Of a stretch of 64,000 bases of DNA, positions 12,259 through 25,310 are shown one piece after another. Each line of letters begins with the position of its first letter. Position 1 is the stretch's first letter. The stretch lies in the NCBI GenBank assembly GCA_028534125.1, contig CM052817.1, positions 29,948,001 through 30,012,000 on the forward strand. The letters are read 5' to 3'. The notes under the pieces were generated by a model. That model searched no databases. It saw nothing but the letters and a program-made list of their open reading frames with translations, and was not told the origin of the DNA. The stretch comes from Lama glama (lineage: Eukaryota). A program made the translations under genes and the position numbers.

Positions 12259-14177
12259 AGATTGATGTTTACTTTAAGAATATCCATCAATACTCAGTGT
12301 TATAGAAATGAATGCATGAGCAATTTGTAAGTGAATATATACATGGCCAAAGTTTAATTTGGCTCTCCATTCAAAAAAAGCAGTGTCGGTGGATATTTGG
12401 GCATTATCATTTATCATGATTACTTTTTTTCTGAGGTTTTTAGCAAAGTGAAAAAATTCAGATGTAGGTGGTGGATAGACAGTAAAATGTATTTAGATTT
12501 AAAAGAACACTATGTATTCTAAAAATGTAAGTATAACCATGCCAGAGCCTAGTCAGGTATTCACTGACCACGTGGGGAAGTGTGCTAAAAACGAGTGACA
12601 GGTGCACAGGTGATAGCTTCCTCCACATGCCATGAGCTAGGCCTTGATCATAAAACGCTTCATCCTGATAGTTGCTCTTGGCAAATGGAAATAATTTTTA
12701 AAGGCTATCTCCAAGATCATTCTGGTAACTTTTCAGATAATTAGGTGATGGTGAATGACTAGAGAGTTCTTACCCATAGTTGATAGGCCAAACTAGTTAC
12801 AGGAATAGAATAATTAAAGCCTAAGTTTGCCTTTCCTGACAACAAAACAGACATTTGGGAAACATTAACCAATAGGCTTTAAATGGCAGTAGGACTAAGA
12901 ATCGAGAGCGCTCTCACACGCGGGATTGTTCGAGGTGCCTCCAGCAGAACTCCACCTTTAACGTGATTTTTGTGCCTGCTCCCATTTTCTAAAGAAGAGA
13001 CGATCGTAATGACCATGATTTTGGGGCCTGCTTTATTTTCTAGAGAAGAGAATATCATTACAATTTATAAAAAAGTAGCAACACTGAACAGGTCCGAATT
13101 TAGGAGCTAGGAAAGGTGATGTACAACACAGGTCTAAAACTGTGTTCCAGAACACTTCTGGTCTCAAAAAATGTTACTAGTATGCATGTAAGACCATATC
13201 CTCAACATGAATTTCAACTCAGTTTGCTAGATACAAATTCTTTAGCCACAATGAGTAAATACAAACTCTGTTCCTCTATGTTTTTTTGTCAGTTTAAGGA
13301 ATGTAACACTTTTGTAGAGGATTAAAAAAACCAATTATTTCTGCATTTACTTTCAGTGTTGGTAGATCTAAACATTTCAGTTTTCATCTCTTCATTCTTC
13401 ATAAATACTATGAGGCAGAGAATAAAATGGTTAAATGTAACATCCTTTCTTACTTTTTTATCTTGTATTTAAAATAAACGAGTTTGATGATCTCCATTCA
13501 GGTTTGAGAATCACCAAATCTGTAACCAGTTCTATTTAATATTTTAGCAGAAAATAAACTGGATTAAAGATGAGGTAAAAACTGACCTTTTCTTCTTTAA
13601 TTAATAAACAATTTAGAAATAAATTAATTTCTTCTTGGGAGTAAGACTTCTTAGAAATCAATAAAAGGAAATTGTGGCTTTATATTTTCAACTAGCTCTA
13701 TTCCAAACAGAGCACACAAATAAAAAGGAAAAAAAAAAATCAAGTTAGCAATATTTTCTAGGCAAAAAATTATTACATAAATATTACACATTAGAGTAGG
13801 CTACCATTACAAACAAATGACAGATTATATTTAAATAATAAAATGTGTATTAAAATTAATTCATCTTTGAAATATGAATCACAGAACTTATAAATTCAAA
13901 AGCCTAATATGTGCAAAAATAAAGAAAATTAAAGTACAAATATATAATACTATTTTAATATACTGGATTTTCCAACTAATCCATCTTACATAAATTTAAG
14001 TAAATTAATCTGAAAGCTGTTACTTTATTTACCTATGAAAGCCTTAAAATAGTTAAAATAACTTCATATTTTAACCACTGGTTTCTCTGCATTTTGAATT
14101 TAAACTTCATGTTATTGAAGTCCAGCAGACTACACTGGCTTTAGTCAGACATACGATTGTTGCCTAGTGAGTAGAAT

Positions 14178-14447
14178 TTATAAGTAAAGATAACCAACCC
14201 AGTAAACCAGATTAAACAGGGCAAAAGCCGTTGGGAAAAATATTCGAGAATAGGAATCGATTTTGGCAATGCGAATGTGTATCCTTCCTTCCCTCCATGA
14301 GCCCGTTCTGCAGTCTTCAAAGCAACAGAAGAAACTGGCACAATCTTTGCCCTCCAGACACTGATACCCATAATCATCCTCCCCTTGGGGCAGAGCAATG
14401 CTATTCATTGGAATCAGAGTAGATCCAGGATGGAGTCCAGATGACAT
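14178..14447 (-). CDS. GABRG1: GABA-A receptor gamma-1, exon 9 coding part (270 nt incl. [17 protein letters not shown]...[50 protein letters not shown]; intracellular loop and TM4)
   Basis: Acceptor TTTACTCAG|ATG; stop at 14180-14178; Cys cluster typical of gamma subunits; inside ORF 14178..14507. Confidence 0.98.
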   Translation of the reverse strand: MSSGLHPGSTLIPMNSIALPQGEDDYGYQCLEGKDCASFFCCFEDCRTGSWREGRIHIRIAKIDSYSRIFFPTAFALFNLVYWVGYLYL

Positions 14448-15314
14448 CTGAGTAAAACAATGAATGAGTTTTGAGGAAAAAACAAATCCAGCATTAAAAA
14501 AGATCAACTTGTCCCCTCAAGGCAAACTCTAAAAGACTGATAAGAAATAAAAATAATCTTATTTTCTCCAAATATTCAAAACAAATATCAAACAAATCAG
14601 ACAAATATTCAGTCCTAACATGGTTTTAAACCATGATTTACTTTGTATCACATAACATTATTTTACATTACAAAGATTTTGCAGGAAAAAAACACTCAGA
14701 AAGGAAACATATTTTATACATTTAGAAAGTTGATCTATTAAAATATAGTTAACCATGAATCCTATTTTAAAATGAGAATAAACTATATATTTTTATGATA
14801 TTTTACAGTGTAACATTTACAGTGCTCTAAATATCTGTTGGTTTGCTATGGTTACATTCTGCACTTTATTTTAGTAATAGCAAGGATAGATAGTAAAGAT
14901 GATATTTTGATAAAGCTGAACACTTTGAGAAGCTGTGAATGAATCAAAATGATATGAGGTTTGCAGTCGTGGATAAGGGCAAGGCCACGTATTTGGGAGA
15001 AAGAATGTGCAGGAGTTAAAAACTCAAATTTGGGAACAACTGGTGTTCACAATTCTGCTCATTCTACCAATGTAGTTGTCTTCATAGCTGAAATGATTTT
15101 AGCACCTGATTTTTGTGATGGTTGTGATGAGTAAGTTTCATAACATGTAAAATGATCAGTGCTATGTCTTGCCCAGTAATAATAGCTATTGTTACTATCA
15201 GAATTATTTGGGACTCATGTCAAATTAAGTCTTTATGGTACTAGGTTTTAAATAAAACTTAAATAATAAGAATAATTTTTATAAAATTGAATATAAATAT
15301 AAAATATAAAAAAT

Positions 15315-15530
15315 AAAATATAAAAATTGAAGCATGGCCAGGATACTGTGGAATATTAAAGCCATCATTTTGGAGTCTGGATATGTTGGACTATTAAAGC
15401 CATCACTTAGGCTGTAATTTATATAAAAATATAAAAATTGAAGCATGGCCAGGATACTGTGGAATATTAAAGCCATCATTTTGGAGTCTGGATATGTTGG
15501 ACTATTAAAGCCATCACTTAGGCTGTAATT
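15315..15530. repeat. Perfect tandem duplication (two identical 105-bp copies, period 111)
   Basis: 15315-15419 is identical to 15426-15530; also visible as a repeated peptide in ORF 15279..15575. Confidence 0.95.
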
Positions 15531-15700
15531 CCAGCTCTGCCCAGTAGAGTCCTGCAACTTTGAACAGGAAGTCACTGCTCTTTTGCTGTACCATATACAC
15601 AGACTGTTTGATGATTAAATGAGATGATATACATAAAGCACCAAGCAAAATATTTGAAACATAGCACGTATTTAGCTGCCAATCAATAGCATTTATTGTT
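15440..15700 (+). mobile_element. MIR SINE (its 5' part is the duplicated segment)
   Basis: ttggagtctgga...aattccagctctgcc...gattaaatgagatgatatacataaagcac. Confidence 0.65.
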
Positions 15701-18631
15701 GTTGTAATTGCCGCTGCTACTATTGATTCCTGAAGAGGATATATCAAAATTGGCTATAAAATATGTGCTAAAGCAAACAATAATAACAACAACAGAAACT
15801 TGGACCTTATGAAAATGTTACTGGAAAGAAATACATTAATGAACACATGAATAAAATGGCAAGTAAAATATGAATGAAGATTGCCATTTTAGTAACTCTT
15901 CATCTCTTAGGACTTCCAGGTATTTCAGGGGTTACTTTAAGATGTGAATCTCACAATTTATAAATAAGTCAGTGGTTTTATGATCTAAACACTGAATACA
16001 ATGCTGAAATTAAAACAATAGTTTTAACCTGACCTTAAATTCTAATGAAAATGTTTATGAAATTTTTTCATGTTAAATTTTGAAATAAATACATCTCAAA
16101 GCCATGAAAATTAAACATTGTATGAGAAAGAGCTAGAAAATTAAACACACAAAAATGAGAATTTCTCAAAATTTGGACCTATATTTAAACCCATTTTATT
16201 TGTAAGAAATACAAAATCTAAACCACTAAATATTAAACCTTAAGTAGATAGAAAAAGAAGCAAAAAAATCACAGTGATATTTTAAAAAGCTAAATGCATC
16301 ATACAAGTTGTAATATCCATATTAGAAACAAAATATGCAGCATGAAGATAAGAAGCAATGCCTTAAACACAAATAAATTCATGACTCCCCTTGCCTGGAT
16401 GTAGCATTTTAAAAAAAAAAAAACAGAGGCAGTATATTATTAAATGTTAATAACATCTTTTGAGGTTCATACTTGGGGATACTTGACTAGACTCCTAATT
16501 TTAGTGGAGCACTAAAATTATGTACAGAAATGAGACAAATTGGTATTCATTTTCTTGTCACTTACTATGTTTATAACCTATGTTTTAATGTTAATCGGAG
16601 TGAAACTGGTTAAAATACCAGTTTGTTAGTTGGTAATTTCAAGATGATAAGGCATAAAATCCATTCCATATATCACTCAGAACTGCCTTATATAAGTGGA
16701 AAGATGGTTATTTGATGGAAGAGAGCAATTGTACATAAGAGAGATAACTAAAGATTAAAGTGCACAAAAATGGAAAAAATCTGCAAGTGGACATTTAAAA
16801 AATGGACTAATCTCTGGTGCTTAAAATCATGGAGAGTGTCTACTGCAGTGACCCTTTAGATTGATGCTTTTCTAGTTTCCTGCTGCTTCCTCCAAAACAC
16901 CACAAATTCATAAATTCAAAGAACCTACGCTTCATTGAATGATGAATATGACTAAAAATCAATTTTATGTGCTAAGAAAAATAGCCAAAGAGCTGACACA
17001 TTACCAGTAAAATAGTTTTGATACATAGATTTGTGACCTGGAAACCACTGACAAATTGATTGGAAGACTGTACACATTACAAACCTCACTTTTCTGAAGT
17101 ACAACTATATAACCCACCTTATAATTTCTCAGATAAAGATCCTGCTGCCCCCAAAATAGCAAACATTGTATAAATAAAATAAATCTGTTTAAATGATAAA
17201 AAAGAAACAGCACAATGGAATAGAATTTTCTTTTACTTCAAATGATGTAGTTCTGAGAATAGTTCTGAGAATATGCCATTTTTTTTGTTATTTCAAAAAG
17301 TCACTAAACATATAGCTGAACTTAACATTTTGAGACATCAATCCCATTTCCCCTATTAAAGATATGTATGTGTCTGGTTATAGCTTAAATATTCTACTAC
17401 TTATAGATTAATCATATAGTTAAGCACATAAAATATATTCTAAATGCCAAGACATACTAATATCAAATAAATAGTAAATAAAACATTTATGTACAAAGTA
17501 TATTTATGTATGCATTTATAGAATACTATAATTACTATTTAGATTATATACTGATACCATTAATAATGTATTATGTGTTAGCAATATGATTAGCAAACAC
17601 TATTAGGCCATGTTATTGATACTATGAAATACTAACATTATTATTTTAAATTTATAATTTAAAATGTTGCACATGAGAATGCCACACTAAGCATAGGTGT
17701 TCTCCACTTCACTTTCACAAAATCCTAGTCAAGTATCAGTCAGGATTTCAAAAATTACAAAATCCACATCAGTGTTAAAAACAGATATGAGGTGGATTTG
17801 GGTGATGCTGAGGTCTCAGTTTTTGTATTTCAGAAATTAGAAGTTAATGGAAATAATTATCAGAGGAAAGTAAAAAAAAAAAAAAGTAAAAGAAAAAGAA
17901 AAGAAAAAAGAAGGAAAGAAAAGAAAAGAAATACAACTAATTCTGAGGGTTGGGACCAAAGTTGTGGAGCAGAGAATTTTATTCTTCACTTGTACATTTA
18001 TATATTGTGTAATTTAATTTGTTTCAACAACGCACAAGTAACTTTCTTGATGTATTTCACATTTCACCAATATCTAATAATCCTTCCTGGGAGCTTTGCC
18101 AAATAACATTACAGGAAAGAAAGTTTATAATTTGTGAAATTTTGTATTGATGCAGCTTTTCATTATTTTTGTGCTCTGAAAGGTATAAGAATGTTTATTC
18201 ATATACATATGCACTGACTGAAAATAAGATCTTTCCTTTGTGGAGAAAGTGCTATGGGTTCGGGATTGTGGGCAAAAACAAAAAACAAACAAAAACAATA
18301 ACAAAAATCCTTCTATACATTATCTCCATTCTGATACCTTAGTTCAACTCTCAGTAATATATTGCTTCTTGAGCTATTGCAATAGTCTTTAAGTTTATCT
18401 CACTGATTATTTTGTCATTCAGGTATGTACTCTATACTACCAATAACTGTCTTTCAAAAACAGATACAAATATGCCATCTTGCTTAAAAACATGCATGAC
18501 TTAACAGTGCTGATAGGGCCAAATCTAAATTTCTTGACGTGACTCAGGAGACTCTCCATATCTTGGCCATAAACCACTTTTCTACCCTCAACCTGGATTA
18601 TTTTCTTTCCTAATATTTCTATTTGCTAAAC

Positions 18632-18822
18632 CAGCACTATCCAATAGAAGTTTCTGCAATGATAGAAATACTCTGTATCAGTATTGCCCACTAGTTACAG
18701 GTAGCACTTGAAATGTGACTAATGCTACTGAAGTACTGAATTTTAAATTTTGCTTTATTTTAATTAATTTAAATCAGCCTAGCCATGTGGCTAGTGGCTA
18801 GCTGTTGTATTAGACCAGCAGC
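18632..18822. mobile_element. MER3-like hAT-Charlie element
   Basis: cagcactatccaatagaagtttctgcaatgat...gcacttgaaatgtgactaatgctactga...catgtggctagtggcta. Confidence 0.8.
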
Positions 18823-19877
18823 TTGTGAAAAATACCAATCTACTTTTTATTCTCATACGTGAAGTCGCCTCGACTTGGCTCACCTGGTTTCTTCTGTCTT
18901 ACTCTTTCTAATCTCTTCTCCTGAAAACTGCAACTTATTCTCCAAAGAACTAGTGCAACATTGTCACACTTTCTCTGTAATTTTCTCTATCACATTACTT
19001 TTGGAAGATTTAGTTTACATACATTTTGAATATGTTATTTACACCTGAAATGGAAGAAGGCTACCTGCTCCACTGTGGCTTATGTTTACAGAGCCTCTTC
19101 TCAACGTGATGTGCTTGCTAATAAGTCAGTGTATCACAGGCCATGTTACATGATGTCTCCAAATTTCCTCAGTGCAAAGGATAGGCCACTTAGGTCAGCC
19201 TTGTCGTACCTGTCTCTCATTCAATAAGAACATCTTTTAAAATATTTTTAACTTATATCATAGAAAATATTCTGTGACTGAAGAAGTATTTGAAACCAGT
19301 TACCTAATTGCTAATATCCTTTGTTTACTTTTGATTTTTATATTGAACTGTTATTTGTCTTATACTTTATTATCTTATGTTTACATTTCTAACGTGTTTT
19401 TCTACAATTAGATTTAAAGATCCCTGAATGCAGAGAACACATTCTATTGTTACTCTCTTCAAAGTGTCTTATCCAAGGTTAGTGAAATAAACTTGTTACT
19501 TAATATTCTAACCAATTGAGAGATAACAAATAAGCAAATTCTATCCTCAAATGGGTATATCAGGTCCCTCATATAGATATAACATGGTTTTCTGAGATTT
19601 CTTATTTATGGGCTGAATATTTGTGTTTCAACGTGAAATACCCTTTTTAGTTGGCTGGTTTCCTGCTATTGCTTTTCTGTGATCTTTACCTGTTTAATAA
19701 AGGATCTTGATTCTATACTTCAACATAGTTAACTTTCTAGATTTTCTTGAAAATAAGTTATTGACACAAAAACATCTGAATCATATTCTCAGTGAGTAGA
19801 AATAAAAACAAAACAAAATGTTTTGGATGGTAATATGGGCCAAGTTAAAATGTTACTGACATTCACAATAATAAAAA

Positions 19878-20050
19878 TAAAGAAGAAAGAAAGAAATACG
19901 GACATAAGAGAAGGGCAGAAGGAAGAAAGGAAGAATGAAAGGAAGGAGGAAGGAGGGAAGGGGGAAGAAGGAAAGTAGGAGGGAAGGGAAGGGGAGAAAA
20001 AAGGAGAGTGAGAGGGAGAAAGGGCAAGAAAGGGAAAGAGAGAGGAAAGG
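19878..20050. repeat. Purine-rich (GA/GGAA) low-complexity tract
   Basis: About 170 bp, almost entirely A/G on the plus strand. Confidence 0.9.
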
Positions 20051-22229
20051 CCAAATGTGGAAAGTAAAGTAGAAAGCATCTGTATTAAGTTATGTTTTTC
20101 TTAGAGGGGTCATGGAAGCTAAAAATCTATTGTGTTCAAATATCATGTCTTCCTAAGTAAAATAAATTGGGATTTTCTGGGACTCTCAGCTAAGCTGTCA
20201 AAGAGATGTCAAGATGGGGATTTTAGTTTCATTTAATAACTGATATGCTGAACTTTCAGTGACTTTGAAAGCAAGTTCTTTGGTCCTGGCCTATTGTCAT
20301 AAATAATTTGGTGAAGCAAAGGGAAACGTTGGATTTCAAATCATTCAGAATTTTAAGCCTGAAAAGTAAAGTGGGGAGATGGAAGGAGAAAGAGAGCGAG
20401 AGAAAGAGAAAGGAAGATAAACTCACAAACAATTGAAACAGGTATAAAGGCAAGATGCTGCAAGATTTCTGGGTCTAGACTTGCATTTGATTCTCCTGGG
20501 CAGAGCGGAAGAAAAAGACAGATCCTACGAAGCCCTTAAATGGAACATTTTGAGACAACAGCAAGCAGAGTTGTCTATTCTTCATAAAAGTGTGTTCTGA
20601 TTTACCTGATTAGCAAGACCATATGGCTGCACACTGAGCTAGGCAGGGAGTCAGATCTGATTACTGATCTAGTTTTTCACTCCAAGTGTCATTTAGTACT
20701 GAAGGAGCTCATGAAGCATATAACTGAATAGAAAGAACAGACTACAGAATTTTATTTTGGATGGCTCTAAATAAAATATATATTTTTTGTACCCAGGTAG
20801 TCAATTACATGTCAGTTTAACTTTTTGATATTTTGCAGTTTAGTGCTTCAAAGCACTTATTTAATTTTTTATTCCTTAATTTTTCGTCTTTAGTATTTTG
20901 CTTCCTGGGCTTGATGCTAAAATTTAAATACTCAATATACAGATGTTTTTCTTGGATAACTATTCTAGAACAATATCTAGAACATGAGTATCTTTAACTA
21001 GTATTTGATAAACAAATGATTAAATGAACATCATAATTTTAAAGTTTGCACTCCAATGTTTCTGCTTCCTGAGTAAATGAGATGTCTGGTAATGTGGTTG
21101 AGAGACAGATCTGGAGTCAAAATGATTATCTGCAGTCCTACAATAGCCACTTATTGGTTGAATGGACTTAGATAATATTAGTACCCCTATTACATATTCT
21201 TAGAATGAAATTCGAGAATCCATGTGAGATTGTACATTGCCTGGCTTATAATGTTAATTAGTATTATTCTAAATACTTTCATTCACAGTTTCCCAAAATA
21301 AAAAGTCAAGGTAGCAATTGAACAGAGCTGTGGATGAGGAAATGATGAAGTGGAAAATCCAGAGAGGATGCCTGGCTTTGATTAACGGAAGACAGTATAG
21401 CAAATGTCTGTTTTTCTTTAACTAAAAATTAAGCAAATGGATATTAAGGTTGAAATTGTTGCCCCCTGATGCTTTGTTCATTCAGAGGCCATAGCATGTC
21501 CTGTAGATAAGCTAAAATCATGTGATGCTGAGAGAGTCACAGACTGATTCTACAATGTATGTTCTCAAATGCCTATCACCAACAGTGTGCTCTTTCTTAG
21601 TATATTGTGGGACTCTGAAAACAAATTGCAAGTCCTTGGAGTATAACATAAAAAGTAAAATATAATTTTAAAATATGGCAAAGTTTTATAAATAAACTAA
21701 TGAGAAATGGGAAAAGGTAGAAAAAACATTGATTCCTAGAACTTACAAAGTTAGAACATGGAAATCTCCAAGCTTCATTATATACACACCATGGTAGGCT
21801 TACAAGCTTGCACCCATGCGTAACTGCTTTATACAGTTTTCATGTTTAAAGACATTTTGGAACAAATTTTCTTTGAAAACATTTACTGGAATCAGCAATG
21901 AAGTGTCTTTTTTGTCAATTCTGGAGAAACAGATGTTTATTTTTCTGAGTCTTATGAGAACAGGCAACATAAGGAAGGATTACAAACTTGAACTCTGGCA
22001 CTAAAAAAGATCTGAGTTTGAGTCTTGGGTCCTTCACTTCCTAATGCTGTCCTTGTGCAAATTACTGAAATTGTATCTACAAGCATAAATTAAATCATGC
22101 ATGTAAATGCTTAGAGGAGTTTCTGGCATGCCCAGTAAGTGTTATATATTACTTTAAGTTTCTTATAATTGCCATTATAAAAAGAATTATGGTTAATTAT
22201 CCAATATTAAAGTATTTTAGAACCAGTAG

Positions 22230-22460
22230 AATTAATTCTAATTTATCAACTTGATAAGTTAAGGTAGGTATATGCTTGGGAAAGGGGAGTAAGAGAATAG
22301 AAATATACAAAAGCCAAAAAGATGTCTTTTCTATGACACAGAAAGCTATGTCTCTCAAACACAGCTGAACACTAACACTAAAGAGGGATCTTTATTTCTA
22401 AAAATTTAGCTAAATTTGTGGGGCACCCCTGTTAGAAATCCAAATCCTAACACAAAAATA
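22230..22460 (+). repeat. Dispersed direct repeat, copy A (intron 8)
   Basis: Aligns by eye with 35899-36118; core tcaaacacagctgaa..ctaaca..aaagag...tccaaatc.taacacaaaaat. Confidence 0.85.
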
Positions 22461-22753
22461 GATTCAAAGGGGGATTTAAAATAATTTTTCAGATACAAAG
22501 AATTTACCACTTAGGGAAAATTTCATAGTGTGAGAAACCACTCTTCATAAAGGTGATCCAAGACTCTTTTCTAGGGAAAAATGTAAGTAAACTTTTGTAG
22601 GTGGGCAATGTTCAGTACCCGAGTTTGATCTTAATATGATTTATGTTTTGTCAGGGTACCTCAAGCATCTATATCAGTCTAAAAAAGTATAACATGAGAA
22701 CTCAAAAGAGTATCTCTTACAGTAATAAAAGAGAGGATTTTTTTTTAACATAC

Positions 22754-22965
22754 CGTGGCCTTATTTTTTAGCTTTCTTTCTCTAGTAGTTTTTCCTTTTT
22801 TGTTGCTGGTAAAATAATGCAAGGTGCCATATTCCATCAAAGCTGCAAAAACAAAAATGAAACAAACAGAAACAAAGAGATCCATCGCAGTCACATAGGA
22901 AACCTTGGGTAAGGACTTCCTGGCAATTGTGCTCAGCGTAGTCATAGTCAGCACTGTAGTGATAC
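22754..22965 (-). CDS. GABRG1: GABA-A receptor gamma-1, exon 8 (212 nt; [72 protein letters not shown]2-TM3)
   Basis: Acceptor CCACAG|GTATC, donor [17 protein letters not shown] pore motif; inside ORF 22745..23008. Confidence 0.97.
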
Positions 22966-24482
22966 CTGTGGAAGGAGGGGAAGGGACACAGATGATGAAA
23001 AATAACATAGACTGTTTTTACCCTTCCAGCTGGCTTGGCAATATTGTGAGTGGAAATAAACAATGGAAACAAAAGAATGTGATTACCTGTGATTTACAGA
23101 AAAAAAATTCTGGTAACCATAGTGACATTGTGTTCAACGTGTTCTTTGCATCTGTGAGTTTTGATCATCTAAATTCTTTGGACTGCAAATAGTTGACACC
23201 CCATACCCACCCTTCCCTTCCTCCATAATAATACACCATCCAATTTTCAGCTGGTCTGTGCCTGCCTGGAAGAACAACTATAATTGCCAGCTGCTTTCAG
23301 CTATATGTGGCCACAGACTGAGATCTCACCAAGAATAGGCAAAGGGTATTAATGACCAAAAGATGCCATTAAAGAGACAGGCAATACCTTTCTTTCCTTC
23401 TTCATTGTTTCTGCTGGAATACAATGGCCAGAGCATCAGAACCCATCCTAGACCTCTACCTAGTTTAATCTACAGTGATTTTAGGTTTCCTGCCACACAG
23501 TTAAAATTAATCCAAACTAGTATAGTATGTTTTATAACTTGAAGTAAATCTATTTTCTAGTCTTGAAGTTTCAGTAAAGAAAACAGGCAAAATGGTATCA
23601 AGGGAATACTTTTGAAGCACAGATTAAAACTTCATATTTTGAAGGATTGAATGTATAAAATTGGGATAGCCTCCTGGACCCCAGGTGTGTTGTGTAGATT
23701 TTTGGGGGTGTCTGTTTCTCTTTATCCATGACCTTCTTGATGGTTCTTACCTAAGGGAGGTGGAGGCTAAATTTTAGGCCCCCTAACTCACAGCTGTCCA
23801 GACTATATCTCTTCCTATCTAAACTGCCTTCATTCTCATTCTTTCTCTCATGAAATAAGACACCATGAGTGGAATTGTTTACTCTCATAATGCCAAATGA
23901 TTCTTAATTTGGCTGAATATTTATAGAGCCAAATATTCGGGTTGAGAAAAAAATAGAAAGGATGTCTTTGGTATGGTGAAGGCAATAGCCATCTCTTTCC
24001 CTCATGTCTACATTGAAACATGCCTTAATAATAATTCCTTTCACATTTCCATCTTTTTATTTTCATCATCACTCAGGATTGAAAAAAAAGATGATACAGG
24101 TATGATGATTTGGAAGTCATGTAGGCAAATTTAGATTCAAATTTTGATGTCCAATCTATTAGCTCCATAACCTCAAGGAGGTTTCTCAACTCTTCTGTGC
24201 CTCTCATCTAAAAAAATGTGGCACAGTAATTTAATAAATTGTATAATAAATTTATACAAAAGGTATTTGCTTTACTTATTTTTCTTAAAGTGGATGCTTA
24301 GATTAAAAAGAAAGATTAAAAATCTTCTTTCTAACATTAGCATTTTGAATCTATAATTTCCCCTCTTAGGAATACTTTAGCTGCCTCTCACAAACATTTA
24401 ATGTTAAATTCTTATTAAAATTCAGTTTGAAATATTTTATGATTTCCCTTTTGATTCTATTTTGACCAAAGGGTTATCTAAA

Positions 24483-24982
24483 NNNNNNNNNNNNNNNNNN
24501 NNNNNNNNNNNNNNNNNNNNNNNNNNNNNNNNNNNNNNNNNNNNNNNNNNNNNNNNNNNNNNNNNNNNNNNNNNNNNNNNNNNNNNNNNNNNNNNNNNNN
24601 NNNNNNNNNNNNNNNNNNNNNNNNNNNNNNNNNNNNNNNNNNNNNNNNNNNNNNNNNNNNNNNNNNNNNNNNNNNNNNNNNNNNNNNNNNNNNNNNNNNN
24701 NNNNNNNNNNNNNNNNNNNNNNNNNNNNNNNNNNNNNNNNNNNNNNNNNNNNNNNNNNNNNNNNNNNNNNNNNNNNNNNNNNNNNNNNNNNNNNNNNNNN
24801 NNNNNNNNNNNNNNNNNNNNNNNNNNNNNNNNNNNNNNNNNNNNNNNNNNNNNNNNNNNNNNNNNNNNNNNNNNNNNNNNNNNNNNNNNNNNNNNNNNNN
24901 NNNNNNNNNNNNNNNNNNNNNNNNNNNNNNNNNNNNNNNNNNNNNNNNNNNNNNNNNNNNNNNNNNNNNNNNNNNNNNNNNN
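24483..24982. other. Assembly gap (500 N) in intron 7
   Basis: Run of exactly 500 N; L1-like sequence on the left, L2-like sequence on the right. Confidence 0.99.
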
Positions 24983-25310
24983 TACCTCCCACACTTCGCT
25001 AGGCCTCTGCCCACTCCTCAGAGAGGTCTAGTCTGACTCCATGAGATGAACGAGCGAACAGTATATCCACCCACACCCCCTGGCGTTCTCTAGCCATTTA
25101 TTTTGCTTTCCCTCCTAGCCTTTATTACTTACTGACATTTTATTATATGCTTTTTATATTTGTACATTACCTGCACACCCTACTCAAACGTTTTATATTT
25201 TAAAATGGACATGAGCACTTTACCATATTTGTTCACTGTTCACACTGCGGCACCTAGAACACTGCCTGTTTCACAGAAAGCATTTGATGAATGTTTGTGA
25301 GAATGCGATA
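24983..25310 (+). mobile_element. L2 LINE 3' end
   Basis: ttgttcactg...cacctagaacactgcctg...cacagaaagcatttgatgaatgtttgtgagaatg. Confidence 0.7.

Larger units (their letters stand above)
8790..14177 (-). other. GABRG1: Putative long 3' UTR of GABRG1
   Basis: Follows the stop codon and is relatively repeat-poor. The human 3' UTR is recalled as about 5 kb, which matches tandem AATAAA signals at 8840-8835 and 8816-8811. The 3' end is inferred. Confidence 0.55.

Noticed and set aside
14448..14507. In-frame upstream extension of exon 9 in the ORF track
   Set aside because: Intronic pyrimidine tract; homology begins at the canonical AG at 14449-14448
15279..15575. 98-aa ORF with a repeated peptide
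   Set aside because: Consequence of the 111-bp-period duplication; no coding signal. Two units with no variable spacers, so not CRISPR-like
14448..22753. A gamma-2L-like 24-nt microexon (LLRMFSFK) in intron 8
   Set aside because: No matching sequence seen by eye; this exon is known for GABRG2, not GABRG1
22782..23192. Alternative-frame and antisense ORFs overlapping exon 8 (similarly at exon 9)
   Set aside because: Shadow ORFs of real coding sequence with no independent homology
24437..25031. Long ORFs across the second N run; possible hidden exon
   Set aside because: N artefacts; exons 7 and 8 already join in frame (TSLG|ITTVL), so no coding exon is missing
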